Positions 37,101-52,100 of a stretch of 64,000 nt of DNA are shown here, piece after piece. The notes below the pieces were generated by a model that did not search any database, had not been told where the DNA came from, and worked only from the letters and a program-made list of their open reading frames with translations. Positions within the stretch are counted from its first letter, which is position 1; every line of letters starts with the position of its first letter. Source of the stretch: Haplodiscus bocki (lineage: Eukaryota); assembly GCA_965655095.1 (NCBI GenBank), contig OZ296659.1, forward strand, positions 35,278,001-35,342,000. The letters run 5' to 3'. The position numbers were made by a program, and so were the translations under genes.

Positions 37101-40100
37101 AGTGACTCCTTTTTAGTCCTCAAAGCAACTTCTGCGAGCTGTTTCTGAAGATTTCTTTCCACAACTTTTGCCGCATTTATCGGAGAAACTCATTGATCAT
37201 GATGAAACATCAATGTCTCATATTTTGACAGTGCCTTTTTGCAAAGAGATCTGTTGCCATCAACTTCAGCGAGAGAGCAGTGGGGGGTCAAAATTAACCA
37301 GTCACTGCGACTGAAAGACAGCTGATTCTTTTTGATAACTGTATTCAAAACTATAGAAATTCATCTGCATTGGAAAATACATTTTCTTATCACGTAACTT
37401 TATCGAAAATAAATTTCGAGAACTTATATAAAAGTTCATACAAACATTGAGTTCGTGAAACTTGCTGCCAAAATAATGACAACATAAGATTGAAACTATA
37501 TAGCTGATTCATTAGGTGAATGCAATCAAGGAATTCATTAATGACATCAGAATAAAAATCATCAACTTCAGATACAAATGCCCCGTCTCCATTTCATCCT
37601 GTTGTGTTGCTAATTGAAAATGTCCTTGCTTTGTTGACTGCTCTTCTGTTTTTGAAGAAAGAGTTCTTGGAATGTGGATAAGGGAACTTGTTTTGTGTTT
37701 CACCTGAACAGTGAAAATTCTGCTACTTATTTTTGAGTTAGATTTTGGAAACTGATCTCCCAAAAAATAGCGCTTTAGAGATTAACGGAGTTACTATCAA
37801 CTACCAGCAAAATGTCTCGAAATCGTTTTCGAGCGTTGTTCAATATACCACTCTGCTGCCTTCAGAACGTGCATTTTTGAGACAGGAGGAAAAACGTAGA
37901 CATGAGCCGGTTTCGATACGGGATTTTTGTTTTCAGGAAGAAATACTGAAGGTGTAATCTTACTGAAGCTTTCGCCTGAAGTTTTGTTCAGTCCATTTCC
38001 CGGCTGAAATCCCAAGAATAACTTCACGATTAGAAGGGCTAACGTCTGAAGGCATCAACACCCTCTGCATCTGCTGGTGGTCTCCCGCCTTGTCCTTCAG
38101 AATCTTTCAAGCATTCAGGGAGTCCCCCAAATTGCCACTCTGAAGTACCTCCAATACTTCTCTTTATTCCAAGCATTGCAGCTTTTTGCTGGAGTTTTGC
38201 CTTTTCAGAAACTTCCATGGCTCGCCATGGGCTCCTCCAATTCTCAATCAACCTTGTGCTCTGACCTTTTGTTTCGCTTTCCGTCGGAATCTTTGAGGTA
38301 AATTGATGCGGCTTCATTCAAACACGAATTGAATTGCATCGACTTCCTATAGAACCTCCTACCAGTGACTTACAAGAAGTGGAACCTTGCCTAAACTTCA
38401 GGTAACTCAAAGCTAACACACAGTGGTATAGACGTACTATAATTTTCGCTAACAAGTGACTTGAGTGAAACACCTTTTTTTGTAAATCGTCATTCTGGGA
38501 CTGCAAGACGTCTTTGTATTTTGTCATCGAGGACACAAAATGTAGCCCGGATTCGTGGAACTTTTCTGCTAACTCAATATAAATCTTCAGCGCTGGCGAA
38601 AATCGAAGCTGATTGGGTTGTGCACCCTATTTTTTCCCTTTATGCCAAAAAATCAATCTGAGTCGTTCTTTTTCTGACTCAGGAAACGAATATTTGACTT
38701 CACTGGAAACAACAATGTTCGCAGATACCCTTGGTGCGTTCCTTTTTTCAATTGGGAATGCTTGGGGCAAAATCTTAATGTCTGAGACAAATGCCTGCAA
38801 CTTCTATGCCCTCAAGTTTTAACTATCACCCAGAGGCTCACATGCACTTCTCCGCACAGGTGTGCTTGATGAAACGGAGTTACTCTAGCGATCATGTCTC
38901 CACTCGCTTTTTTTCCGGACAGATACATCCAAAAACTTTGATGTGTTGGCTATTTGAGACGAAACTACAAGCAATTTTAACAGTGACTCTTTTTTAGTCA
39001 TCGAAGCAAATTTTGCGTGCTTTTTCTGAAGAATTCATTCTAAATCTTTTTCCGCTTTTATCATAGAGACTCGTTGATCATGATGAAACATCAATGTCTC
39101 ATGATTTGACAGTGCTTTTTGGCGAAGGGATCTGTTGCCGTCAACTTCACCAAGAGAGCGGTCGGGGGACAAAAATAACCAGTCACTCCGACTGAAAAAC
39201 ACGTGATTCTTTTTAATAACTGTATTCAAAGCTATAGAAAATCATCTGCATTGGAAAATACTGTTTCTTATCACGTAACTTTAGTGAAAATAGTTTTCGA
39301 GAAGTTATATAAAAGTTATTACAAACATTGAGTTCGTGAAACTTGCTGCCAAAATAATGACAACATAAAAGTAAAACTTTATAGCTGATTCATTAGGTGA
39401 ATGCAATCAAGGACTTAATTGATAACATCAGAATAAAAATCATCAACTTCGGATAGAAAATCCGCGTCTCCATTTCATTCTGTTGTGTTGCTAATTGAAT
39501 ATGTCCTTGCTTTGTTGACTGCTCTTCTATTTTTGGAGAAAGAGTTCTGGAACTTGTGATAGGGAAACTTGTATTGCACCCGAAGAGTGAAATTTCTGCT
39601 ACTTATTTTTGAGTTAGATTTTGGAAACTGATCTCCAAAAATATAGCGTTTTAAAGATTAACGGAATTACTAACAACTACTAGCGAAATTTCTCGAAGTC
39701 GTTTTCGAGCGTTCTTCAATATACCATTCTGCTGACTTCAGAACGTGCATTTTTGAGACAGGAGGAAAAACGTAGACATGAGCCGGTTGCGATACGGGAT
39801 TTTTGTTTTCAGGAAGAAATACCGAGGTTGTAAACTTACTGAAACTTTCGCTTGAAGTTCTGTTCCGTCCATTTCCTGGATCAAAGCCCAAGAATAGATA
39901 CACCATCAGAAAGGCTAACGTCTGAAGGCATCAACACCCTCTGCATCTATTTTGATCTCCCACCTTTTCTTTCACAGAATCTTTCATGCAATCAGGGAGT
40001 CCCTCATTTCCCCAAATTGCCACTCTGAGGTACCTTCATTACTTCTCTTTGTTGCGACAAATGCGGCTTTTTTCTGGAATCTTGCCTTTTCAGAAACTTC

Positions 40101-43100
40101 CATCGCTCGCCATGGGCTCCTCCAATTCTAAATCAAGCTTGTGCTCTGACATTTCGCTTTGCTTTCCGGCGGCATCTTTGAGGTAAATCGATGCGGTTTC
40201 ATTCAAACACGAATTGCATCGACTTCCTAAAGAACTTCCTACCAGTTAATGAGAAGAAATGGAACCTGCCTAAACTTCAGGTAACTCAGAGCTAACACAC
40301 AAGGGTATAGACGTACTATAATTTTCGCTAACAAGTGATTTGAGTGAAACAACTTGTTTTTGTAAATCGTCATTCTGGGACTGCAAGACGTTTTTATATT
40401 TTGTCAACAAGGACACAATTTGTAGCCCGGACTGTTGGATGTTTTCTGCTAACTCAATATATATTTGGAGCACTAGCGAAAATCCAAGCTGATTGGGTTG
40501 TGCACCCTATTTTTCTCACTTTATGCTAAAAATTCAATCTGAGTCGTTATTTTTCTAACTCAGGAATCAAACTTTTGATTTCACCCGAAACAACACTGAT
40601 CGCACATACCTTTCGTGTGTTCGTTTTTTCAATTAGGAAGGCTTGGGACAAGATCTTAATGTCTGAGACAAATGCCTGCAACTTCTATGCCTGCAAGTAT
40701 TAACTATCACCGATAGGCTCACATGCACTTCTGCGCACAGGTGTGCTTGATGAAGCGGATTTTGACTCTAGGTATCACGACTTTGCTCGCTTTCTTTTTC
40801 CGGACTGATACATCCGAAAAGTTTGATGTGTTGGGTATTTGAGACAAAACTGCAAGCATTTTCCTTTTCAACAGTGACTCCTTTTTAGTCCTCAAAGCAA
40901 CTTCTGCGAGCTGTTTCTGAAGATTTCTTTCCACAACTTTTGCCGCATTTATCGGAGAAACTCATTGATCATGATGAAACATCAATGTCTCATATTTTGA
41001 CAGTGCCTTTTTGCAAAGAGATCTGTTGCCATCAACTTCAGCGAGAGAGCAGTGGGGGGTCAAAATTAACCAGTCACTGCGACTGAAAAACAGCTGATTC
41101 TTTTTGATAACTGTATTCAAAACTATAGAAATTCATCTGCATTGGAAAATACATTTTCTTATCACGTAACTTTATCGAAAATAAATTTCGAGAACTGATA
41201 TAAAAGTTCATACAAACATTGAGTTCGTGAAACTTGCTGCCAAAATAATGACAACATAAGATTGAAACTATATAGCTGATTCATTAGGTGAATGCAATCA
41301 AGGAATTCATTAATGACATCAGAATAAAAATCATCAACTTCAGATACAAATGCCCCGTCTCCATTTCATCCTGTTGTGTTGCTAATTGAAAATGTCCTTG
41401 CTTTGTTGACTGCTCTTCTGTTTTTGAAGAAAGAGTTCTTGGAATGTGGATAAGGGAACTTGTTTTGTGTTTCACCTGAACAGTGAAAATTCTGCTACTT
41501 ATTTTTGAGTTAGATTTTGGAAACTGATCTCCCAAAAAATAGCGCTTTAGAGATTAACGGAGTTACTATCAACTACCAGCAAAATGTCTCGAAATCGTTT
41601 TCGAGCGTTGTTCAATATACCACTCTGCTGCCTTCAGAACGTGCATTTTTGAGACAGGAGGAAAAACGTAGACATGAGCCGGTTTCGATACGGGATTTTT
41701 GTTTTCAGGAAGAAATACCGAGGTTGTAAACTTACTGAAGCTTTCGCTTGAAGTTCTGTTCCGTACATTTCCTGGATCAAAGCCCAAGAATAGATACACC
41801 ATTAGAAAGGCTAACGTCTGAAGGCATCAACAGCCTCTGCATCTTTTTTGATCTCCCACCTTTTCTTTCAGAGTCTTTCATGCAATCAAGGAGTCCTTCA
41901 TTTCCCCAAATTGCCACTCTGAGGTACCTCCAATACTTCTTTGTTGCAACCAATGCAGCTTTTTTTGGAGTCTTGACTTTTCGGAAACTTCCATCGCTCG
42001 CCGTGGTCTCCTCCAATTCTGAATCAAGCTTGTGCTCTGAGCTTTCGCGTCGTTTTCCGGCGGCATCTTTGAGGTAAATCGATGCGGTTTCATTCAAACA
42101 CGAATTGCTTCGACTTCCTAAAGAACTTCCTACCAGTTAATGAGAAGAAATGGAACCTGCCTTAACTTCAGGTAACTCAGAGCTAACGCACAATGGTATA
42201 GACGTACTATAGTTTTCGCTAACAAGTGACTTGAGTGAAACAACTTGTTTTTGTAAATCGTCATTCTGGCACTGCAAGACGTTTTTATATTTTGTCAACA
42301 AGGACACAAGTTGTAGCCCGGACTGTTGGATGTTTTCTGCTAACTCAATAATATTTGGAGCACTAGCGAAAATCGAGAGAGCAGTGGGGGGTCAAAAATA
42401 ACCAGTCACTGCGACTGAAAAACAGCTGATTCTTTTTGATAACTGTATTCAAAACTATAGAAATTCATCTGCATTGGAAAATACATTTTCTTATCACGTA
42501 ACTTTATCGAAAATAAATTTCGAGAACTTATATAAAAGTTCATACAAACATTGAGTTCGTGAAACTTGCTGCCAAAATAATGACAATCAGAATAAAAATG
42601 CACCCTATTTTTCTCACTTTATGCTAAAAATTCAATCTGAGTCGTTATTTTTCTCACTCAGGAATCAAACATTTGATTTCACCCGAAACAACACTGATCG
42701 CACATACCTTTCGTGTGTTCGTTTTTTCAATTAGGAAGGCTTGGGACAAGATCTTAATGTCTGAGACAAATGCCTGCAACTTCTATGCCCGCAAGTATTA
42801 ACTATCACCGATAGGCTCACATGCACTTCTGCGCACAGGTGTGCTTGATGAAGCGGATTTTGACTCTAGGTATCACGACTTTGCTCGCTTTCTTTTTCCG
42901 GACTGATACATCCGAAAAGTTTGATGTGTTGGGTATTTGAGACAAAACTGCAAGCATTTTCCTTTTCAACAGTGACTCCTTTTTAGTCCTCAAAGCAACT
43001 TCTGCGAGCTGTTTCTGAAGATTTCTTTCCACAACTTTTGCCGCATTTATCGGAGAAACTCATTGATCATGATGAAACATCAATGTCTCATATTTTGACA

Positions 43101-46100
43101 GTGCCTTTTTGCAAAGAGATCTGTTGCCATCAACTTCAGCGAGAGAGCAGTGGGGGGTCAAAATTAACCAGTCACTGCGACTGAAAAACAGCTGATTCTT
43201 TTTGATAACTGTATTCAAAACTATAGAAATTCACCTGCATTGGAAAATACATTTTCTTATCACGTAACTTTATCGAAAATAAATTTCGAGAACTTATATA
43301 AAAGTTCATACAAACATTGAGTTCGTGAAACTTGCTGCCAAAATAATGACAACATAAGATTGAAACTATATAGCTGATTCATTAGGTGAATGCAATCAAG
43401 GAATTCATTAATGACATCAGAATAAAAATCATCAACTTCAGATACAAATGCCCCGTCTCCATTTCATCCTGTTGTGTTGCTAATTGAAAATGTCCTTGCT
43501 TTGTTGACTGCTCTTCTGTTTTTGAAGAAAGAGTTCTTGGAATGTGGATAAGGGAACTTGTTTTGTGTTTCACCTGAACAGTGAAAATTCTGCTACTTAT
43601 TTTTGAGTTAGATTTTGGAAACTGATCTCCCAAAAAATAGCGCTTTAGAGATTAACGGAGTTACTATCAACTACCAGCAAAATGTCTCGAAATCGTTTTC
43701 GAGCGTTGTTCAATATACCACTCTGCTGCCTTCAGAACGTGCATTTTTGAGACAGGAGGAAAAACGTAGACATGAGCCGGTTTCGATACGGGATTTTTGT
43801 TTTCAGGAAGAAATACCGAGGTTGTAAACTTACTGAAGCTTTCGCTTGAAGTTCTGTTCCGTACATTTCCTGGATCAAAGCCCAAGAATAGATACACCAT
43901 TAGAAAGGCTAACGTCTGAAGGCATCAACAGCCTCTGCATCTTTTTTGATCTCCCACCTTTTCTTTCAGAGTCTTTCATGCAATCAAGGAGTCCTTCATT
44001 TCCCCAAATTGCCACTCTGAGGTACCTCCAATACTTCTTTGTTGCAACCAATGCAGCTTTTTTTGGAGTCTTGACTTTTCGGAAACTTCCATCGCTCGCC
44101 GTGGTCTCCTCCAATTCTGAATCAAGCTTGTGCTCTGAGCTTTCGCGTCGTTTTCCGGCGGCATCTTTGAGGTAAATCGATGCGGTTTCATTCAAACACG
44201 AATTGCTTCGACTTCCTAAAGAACTTCCTACCAGTTAATGAGAAGAAATGGAACCTGCCTTAACTTCAGGTAACTCAGAGCTAACGCACAATGGTATAGA
44301 CGTACTATAGTTTTCGCTAACAAGTGACTTGAGTGAAACAACTTGTTTTTGTAAATCGTCATTCTGGCACTGCAAGACGTTTTTATATTTTGTCAACAAG
44401 GACACAAGTTGTAGCCCGGACTGTTGGATGTTTTCTGCTAACTCAATAATATTTGGAGCACTAGCGAAAATCGAGAGAGCAGTGGGGGGTCAAAAATAAC
44501 CAGTCACTGCGACTGAAAAACAGCTGATTCTTTTTGATAACTGTATTCAAAACTATAGAAATTCATCTGCATTGGAAAATACATTTTCTTATCACGTAAC
44601 TTTATCGAAAATAAATTTCGAGAACTTATATAAAAGTTCATACAAACATTGAGTTCGTGAAACTTGCTGCCAAAATAATGACAATCAGAATAAAAATGCA
44701 CCCTATTTTTCTCACTTTATGCTAAAAATTCAATCTGAGTCGTTATTTTTCTCACTCAGGAATCAAACATTTGATTTCACCCGAAACAACACTGATCGCA
44801 CATACCTTTCGTGTGTTCGTTTTTTCAATTAGGAAGGCTTGGGACAAGATCTTAATGTCTGAGACAAATGCCTGCAACTTCTATGCCCGCAAGTATTAAC
44901 TATCACCGATAGGCTCACATGCACTTCTGCGCACAGGTGTGCTTGATGAAGCGGATTTTGACTCTAGGTATCACGACTTTGCTCGCTTTCTTTTTCCGGA
45001 CTGATACATCCGAAAAGTTTGATGTGTTGGGTATTTGAGACAAAACTACAAGCATTTTCCTTTTCAACAGTGACTCCTTTTTAGTCCTCAAAGAAACTTT
45101 TGCGAGCTGTTTCTGAAGAATTCTTTCCACAACTTTTGCCGCATTTATCGGAGAAACTCATTGATCATGATGAAACATCAATGTCTCATATTTTGACAGT
45201 GTCTTTTTGCAAAGAGATCTGTTGCCATCAACTTCAGCGAGAGAGCAGTGGGGGGTCAAAAATAACCAGTCACTGCGACTGAAAAACAGCTGATTCTTTT
45301 TGATAACTGTATTCAAAACTATAGAAATTCATCTGCATTGGAAAATACATTTTCTTATCACGTAACTTTATCGAAAATAAATTTCGAGAACTTATATAAA
45401 AGTTCATACAAACATTGAGCTCGTGAAACTTGCTGCCAAAATAATGACAACATAAGATTGAAACTATATAGCTGATTCATTAGGTGAATGCAATCAAGGA
45501 ATTCATTAATGACATCAGAATAAAAATCGTCAACTTCAGATACAAATGCCCCGTCTCCATTTCATCCTGTTGTGTTGCTAATTGAAAATGTCCTTGCTTT
45601 GTTGACTGCTCTTCTGTTTTTGAAGAAAGAGTTCTTGGAATGTGGATAAGGAAACTTGTTTTGTGTTTCACTTGAACAGTGAAAATTCTGCTACTTATTT
45701 TTGAGTTAGATTTTGGAAACTGATCTCCCAAAAAATAGCGCTTTAGAGATTAACGGATTTACTAACAACTACCAGCAAAATGTCTCGAAATTGTTTTCGA
45801 GCGTTGTTCAATATACCACTCTGCTGACTTCAGAACGTCCATTTTTGAGACAGGAGGAAAAACGTAGACATGAGCCGGTTTCGATACGGGATTTTTGTTT
45901 TCAGGAAGAAATACCGAGGTTGTAAACTTACTGAAGCTTTCGCTTGAAGTTCTGTTCCGTCCATTTCCTGGATCAAAGCCCAAGAATAGATACACCATTA
46001 GAAAGGCTAACGTCTGAAGGCATCAACACCCTCTGCATCTTTTTTGATCTCCCACCTTTTCTTTCAGAGTCTTTCATGCAATCAAGGTGTCCTTCATTTC

Positions 46101-49100
46101 CCCAAATTGCCACTCTGAGGTACCTCCAATACTTTTTGTTGCAACCAATGCAGATTTTTTTGGAGTCTTGACTTTTCGGAAACTTCCATCGCTCGCCGTG
46201 GTCTCCTCCAATTCTGAATCAAGCTTGTGCTCTGAGCTTTTGTTTCGCTTTCCGTCGGAATCTTTGAGGTAAATCGATGCGGTTTCATTCAAACACGAAT
46301 TGCATCGACTTCTTATAGAACTTCCTACCAGTTAATGAGAAGACATGGAACCTGCATTAACTTCAGGTAACTCAGAGCTAACACACAATGGTATAGCCGT
46401 ACTATAATTTTCGCTAACAAGTGACTTGAGTGAAACAACTTGTTTTTGTAAATCGTCATTCTGGGACTGCGAGACGTCTTTGTATTTTGTCAACGAGGAC
46501 ACAAATTGTAGCCCAGATTGGTGGAACTTTTCTGCTAACTCGATATGAATCTTCAGCACTGGCGAAAATCGAAGCTGATTGGGTTGTGTACCCTGTTTTT
46601 TCCCTTTATGCCAAAAAATCAATCTGAGTCGTTCTTTTCCTGACTCAGGAATCAAATATTTGACTTCACTGGAAACAACAATGTTCGCGGATACCCTTGG
46701 TGCGTTCCTTTTTTTAATTGGGAATGCTTGGGCCAATATCTTAATGTCTGAGACAAATGCCTGCAATTCTATGCCCACAAGTATTAACTATCACCCAGAG
46801 GCTCACATGCACTTCTGCGCACAGGTGTGCCTGATGAAACGGAGTTACTCCAGCGATCATGTCTCCACTCGCTTTTTTTCCGGACAGATACATCCAAAAA
46901 CTTTGATGTGTTGGGTTTTTGAGACAAAACTACAGGCATTTTTAACAGTGACTCTTTTTTAGTCATCAAAGTAACTTTTGCGAGCTCTTTCCGAAGATTT
47001 CATACAAAATCTTTTTCCGCATTTATCAGAGAGACTCGTTGATCATGATGAAACATCATCGTCTCATAATTTGACAGTGCTTTTTGGCGAAGGGATCTGT
47101 TGCCATCAACTTCAGCAAGAGAGCAGTCGGGGGTCAAAAATAACCAGTCACTCCGACTGAAAAACAACTGATTCTTTTTGATAACTGTCATCAAAACTAT
47201 AGAAAGTCATCTGCATTGGAAATTACATTTTATCACATAACTTTATTGAAAATAAATTTCGAGAAGTTTTATAAAAGTTAATACAAACCTTGAGTTCGTG
47301 GAACTTGCTGCCAAAATAATGACAACATAAAATTAAAATTTTATAGCTGATTCATTAGGTGAATGGAATCAAGGAATTCATTAATAACATCAGAATAAAA
47401 ATCATCGACTTCGGATACAAAATCCCCGCGTACATTTCATGCTGCTGTGTTGCTAATTGTATCTGTCCTTGCTTTGTTGACCTCTCTTCTGTTCTTGAAG
47501 AAAGAGTTCTTGAAATCTGGATAAGGAAACTTGTTTTGTATTCCACCTGAAGAGTGAAAATTCTGCTACTTATTTTTGAGTTAGATTTTGGAAACTGATC
47601 TCCAAAAATATAGCGCTTTAGAGATTAACGGATTTACTAACAACTACCAGCAAAATGTCTCGAAATTGTTTTCGAGCGTTGTTCAATATACCACTCTGCT
47701 GACTTCTGAACGTGCATTTTTGAGACAGGAGGAAAAACGTAGACATGAAACGGTTTCGATAAGGGATTTTTGTTTTCAGGAAGAAATACCGAGGTTGTAA
47801 ACTTACTGAAACTTTCGCTTGAAATTCTGTTCCGTCCATTTCCTGCATCAAAGCCCAAGAATAGATACACCATCAGAAAGGCTAACGTCTGAAGGCATCA
47901 ACACCCTCTGCATCTATTTTGATCTCCCACCTTTTCTTTCAGAGTCTTTCATACAATCAAGGAGTCCTTCATTTCCCCAAATTGCCACTCTGAGGTACCT
48001 CCATTACTTCTCTTTGTTGCGACCAAGGCAGCTTTTTTCTGGAGTCTTGACTTTTCGGAAACTTCCATCGCTCGCCGTGGTCTCCTCCAATTCTGAATCA
48101 AGCTTGTGCTCTGACCTTTTGCTTTGTTTTCCGGCGGCATCTTTGAGGTAAATCGATGCGGTTTCATTCAAACACGAATTGCGTCGACTTCCTATAGAAC
48201 TTCCTACCAGTTAATGAGAAGAAATGGAACCTGCCTAAACTTCAGGTAACTCAGAGCTAACACACAATGGTATAGCCGTATTATAATTTTCGCTAACAAG
48301 TGACTTGAGTGAAACAACTTGTTTTTGTAAATCGTCATTCTAGGACTGCAAGATGTCTTTATATTTTGTCAACGAGGACACAAATTGTAGCCCGGATTGG
48401 TGGAACTTTTCTGGTAACTCAATATAAATCTTCATTGCTGGCGAAAATCGAAGCTGATTGGGTTGTGCACCTTATTTTCTTCACTTTATGCCAAAAAATC
48501 TATCTGAGTCGTTCTTTTTCTGACTCAGGAATCAAATATTTGACTTCACTGGAAAGAACAATGTTGGCAGATACGCTTCGTGTGTTCCTTTTCTCAATTG
48601 GGAAGTCTTGGGGCAGTATCTAAATGTCTGAGACAAATGCCTGCGACTTCTATGCCCACAAGTATTAACTATCACCCAGAGGCTCACATGCACTTCTGCG
48701 CACAGGTGTGTTTTTTTAAACGGAGTTACTCTAGCGATCACGTCTCCACTCGCTTTTTTTTCCGGACAGATACTTCCAAAAACTTTGATGTGTTGGGTAT
48801 TTGAGACAAAACTACATGCATTTTTAACAGTGACTCTTTTTTTGTCATCAAAGCAACTTTTGCGAGCTGTTTCCGAAGATTTCATTCATAATCTTTTTCC
48901 GCTATTATGAGAGAGACTCGTTGATCATGATGAAACATCAATGTCTCATAATTTCACAGTGCTTTTTGGCGAAGCGATCTGTTGCCATCAACTTCAGCAA
49001 GAGAGCAGTCGGGGGTCGATAATAACCAGGCACTCCGACTGAAAAACAACTGGTTCTTTTTGAAAATTGTATTCAAAACTATAGAAAGTCATCTGCATTG

Positions 49101-52100
49101 GAAAATACATTTTCTTATCATGTAACTTTATTGAAAATAAATTTCGAGAAGTTTCATAAAAGTTAATACAAACTTTGAGTTCGTGAAACTTGCTGCCGAA
49201 ATAATGACAACATAAAATTAAAACTTTATAGCTGATTCATTAGGTGAATGCAATCAAGGAATTCATTAATAACATCAGAATAAAAATCATCGACTTCGGA
49301 TACAAAATCCCCGCGTCCATTTCATCCTGCTGTGTTGCTAATTGTATCTGTCCTTGCTTTGTTGACTGCTCTTCTGTTCTGGACGAAAGAGTTCTTGAAA
49401 TGTGGATAAGGAAACTTGTTTTGCATGTCACCTGAAAAGTGAAAATTCTGCTACTTATTTTTGGTTAGATTTTGGAAACTGATCTCCAAAAAATAGCGCT
49501 TTAGAGATTAAGGGAATTACTAACAACTACCCGCGAAATGTCTCGAAATCGTTTTCGAGCGTTGTTAAATATACCACTCTGCTGACTTCAGAACGTTCAT
49601 TTTTGAGACAGGAGGAAAAACGTAGACATGAGCCGGTTTCGATACGGGATTTTTGTTTTCAGGAAGAAATACCGAGGTTGTAAACTTACTGAAACTTTCG
49701 CTTGAAATTCTGTTCCGTCCATTTCTTGGATCAAAGCCCAAGAATAGATAAACCATCAGAAAGGCTAACGTCTGAAGGCATCAAAACCCTCTGCATCTAT
49801 TTTGATCTCCCACCTTTTCTTTCAGAGTCTTTCATGCAATCAAGGAGTCCTTCATTTCCCCAAATTGCCACTCTGAGGTACCTCCAATACTTCTCTTTGT
49901 TGCAACCAATGCAGCTTTTTTCTGGATTCTTGCCTTTTCAGAAACTTCCATCGCTCGCCATGGGCTCCTCCTTGTTCTGAATCAAGCTTGTGCTCTGACC
50001 TTTCGCTTTGCTGTCCGGCGGCATCTTTGAGGTAAATCGATGCGGTTTCATTCAAACACGAATTGCATCGACTTCCTATAGAACTTCCTACCAGTTAATG
50101 AGAAGAAATGGAACCTGCCTAAACTTCAGGTAACTCAGAGCTAACACACAATGGTATAGCCGTATTATAATTTTCGCTAACAAGTGACTTGAGTGAAACA
50201 ACTTGTTTTTGTAAATCGTCATTCTAGGACTGCAAGATGTCTTTATATTTTGTCAACGAGGACACAAATTGTAGCCCGGATTGGTGGAACTTTTCTGCTA
50301 ACTCAATATAAATCTACATTGCTGGCGAAAATCGAAGCTGATTGGGTTGTGCTCCTTATTTTCTTCACTTTATGCCAAAAAATCTATCTGACTCGTTCTT
50401 TTTCTGACTCAGGAATCAAATATTTGATTTCACTGGAAACAACAATGTTGGCAGATACCCTTCGTGCGTTCCTTTTTTCAATTGGGAAGGCTTGGGGCAA
50501 TATCTAAATGTCTGAGACAAATACCTGCAACTTCTATGCCCACAAGTATTAACTATCACCCAGAGGCTCACATGCACTTCTGCGCACAGGTATGTTTGAT
50601 TGAACGGAGTTACTCTAGCGATCACGTCTCCACTCGCTTTTTTTCCGGACAGATACATCCAAAAACTTTGATGTGTTGGGTATTTGAGACAAAACTACAG
50701 GCATTTTTAACAGTGACTCTTTTTTAGTCATCAAAGCAACTTTTGCGAGCTGTTTCCGAAGATTTCATTCATAATCTTTTTCCGCATTCATGAGAGAGGT
50801 TCGTTGATCATGATGAAACATCAATGTCTCATAATTTGACAGTGCTTTTTGGCGAAGGGATCTGTTGCCATCAACTTCAGCAAGAGAGCAGTCGGGGGTC
50901 AATAATAACCAGTCACTCCGACTGAGAAACAACTGGTTCTTTTTGATAACTGTTTTCAAAACTATCGAAATTCATCTGCATGGGAAAGTACATTTTCTTA
51001 TCACGTAACTTTATTAAATATAAACTTCGAGAAGCTATATAAAAGTTAATACAAACATCGATTTCGTGAAACTTGCTGCCAAAATAATGACAACATAAAA
51101 TTGAAACTATATAGCTGATTCATTAGGTGAATGCAATCAAGGAATTCATTAATAACATCAGAAGAAAAATCATCGACTTCGGATACAAAATGCCCGCGTC
51201 CATTTCATCCTGCTGTGTTGCTAATTGTATGTGTCCTTGCTTTGTTGACTGCTCTTCTGTTCTTGAAGAAAGAGTTCTTGAAATGTGGATAAGGAAACTT
51301 GTTTTGTATTTCACCTGAAGAGTGAAAATTCTGCTACTTATTTTTGAGTTAGATTTTGGAAACTGATCCCCAAAAAAATAGCGCTTTAGAGATTAACGGA
51401 ATTACTAACAACTACGAGCAAAATGTCTCGAAATCGTTTTCGAGCGTTGTTCAATATACCACTCTGCTGACTTCAGAACGTGCATTTTTGAGACAGTAGG
51501 AAGAATATAGACATGAGCCAGTTTCAATACGGGATTTTTGTTCTCAGGAAGAAATACTGAAGTTGTAAACTTACTGAAGCTTTCGCTTGAAGTTCTGTTC
51601 AGTCCGTTTCTTGGATCAAAGCGCAAGAATAGATACACGATTGGAAAGGCTAACGTCTGAAGGCATCAACACCCTCTGCATCTGCTTTTGATCGCCCACC
51701 TTTTCTTTCAGAATCTTTCATGCAATCAGGGAGTCCCTCATTTCCCCAAATTGCCACTCTGAGGTACCTCCAATACTTCTCTTTGCTGCAACCAATGCAG
51801 CTTTTTTCTGGAGTCTTGCCTTTTCAGAAACTTCCATCGCTCGCCATGGGCTCCGCCAATTCTGAATCAAGCTTGTGCTCTGACCTTTCGCTTTGCTTTC
51901 CGGTGGCATCTTTGAGGTAAATCGATGCGGTTTCATTCAAACACGAATTGCGTCGACTTCCTAAAGAACTTCCTACCAGTTAATGAGAAGAAATGGAACC
52001 TGCCTAAACTTCAGGTAACTCAGAGCTAACACACAATGGTATAGACGTACTATAATTTTCGCTAACAAGTGACTTGAGTGAAACACCTTTTTTTGTAAAT

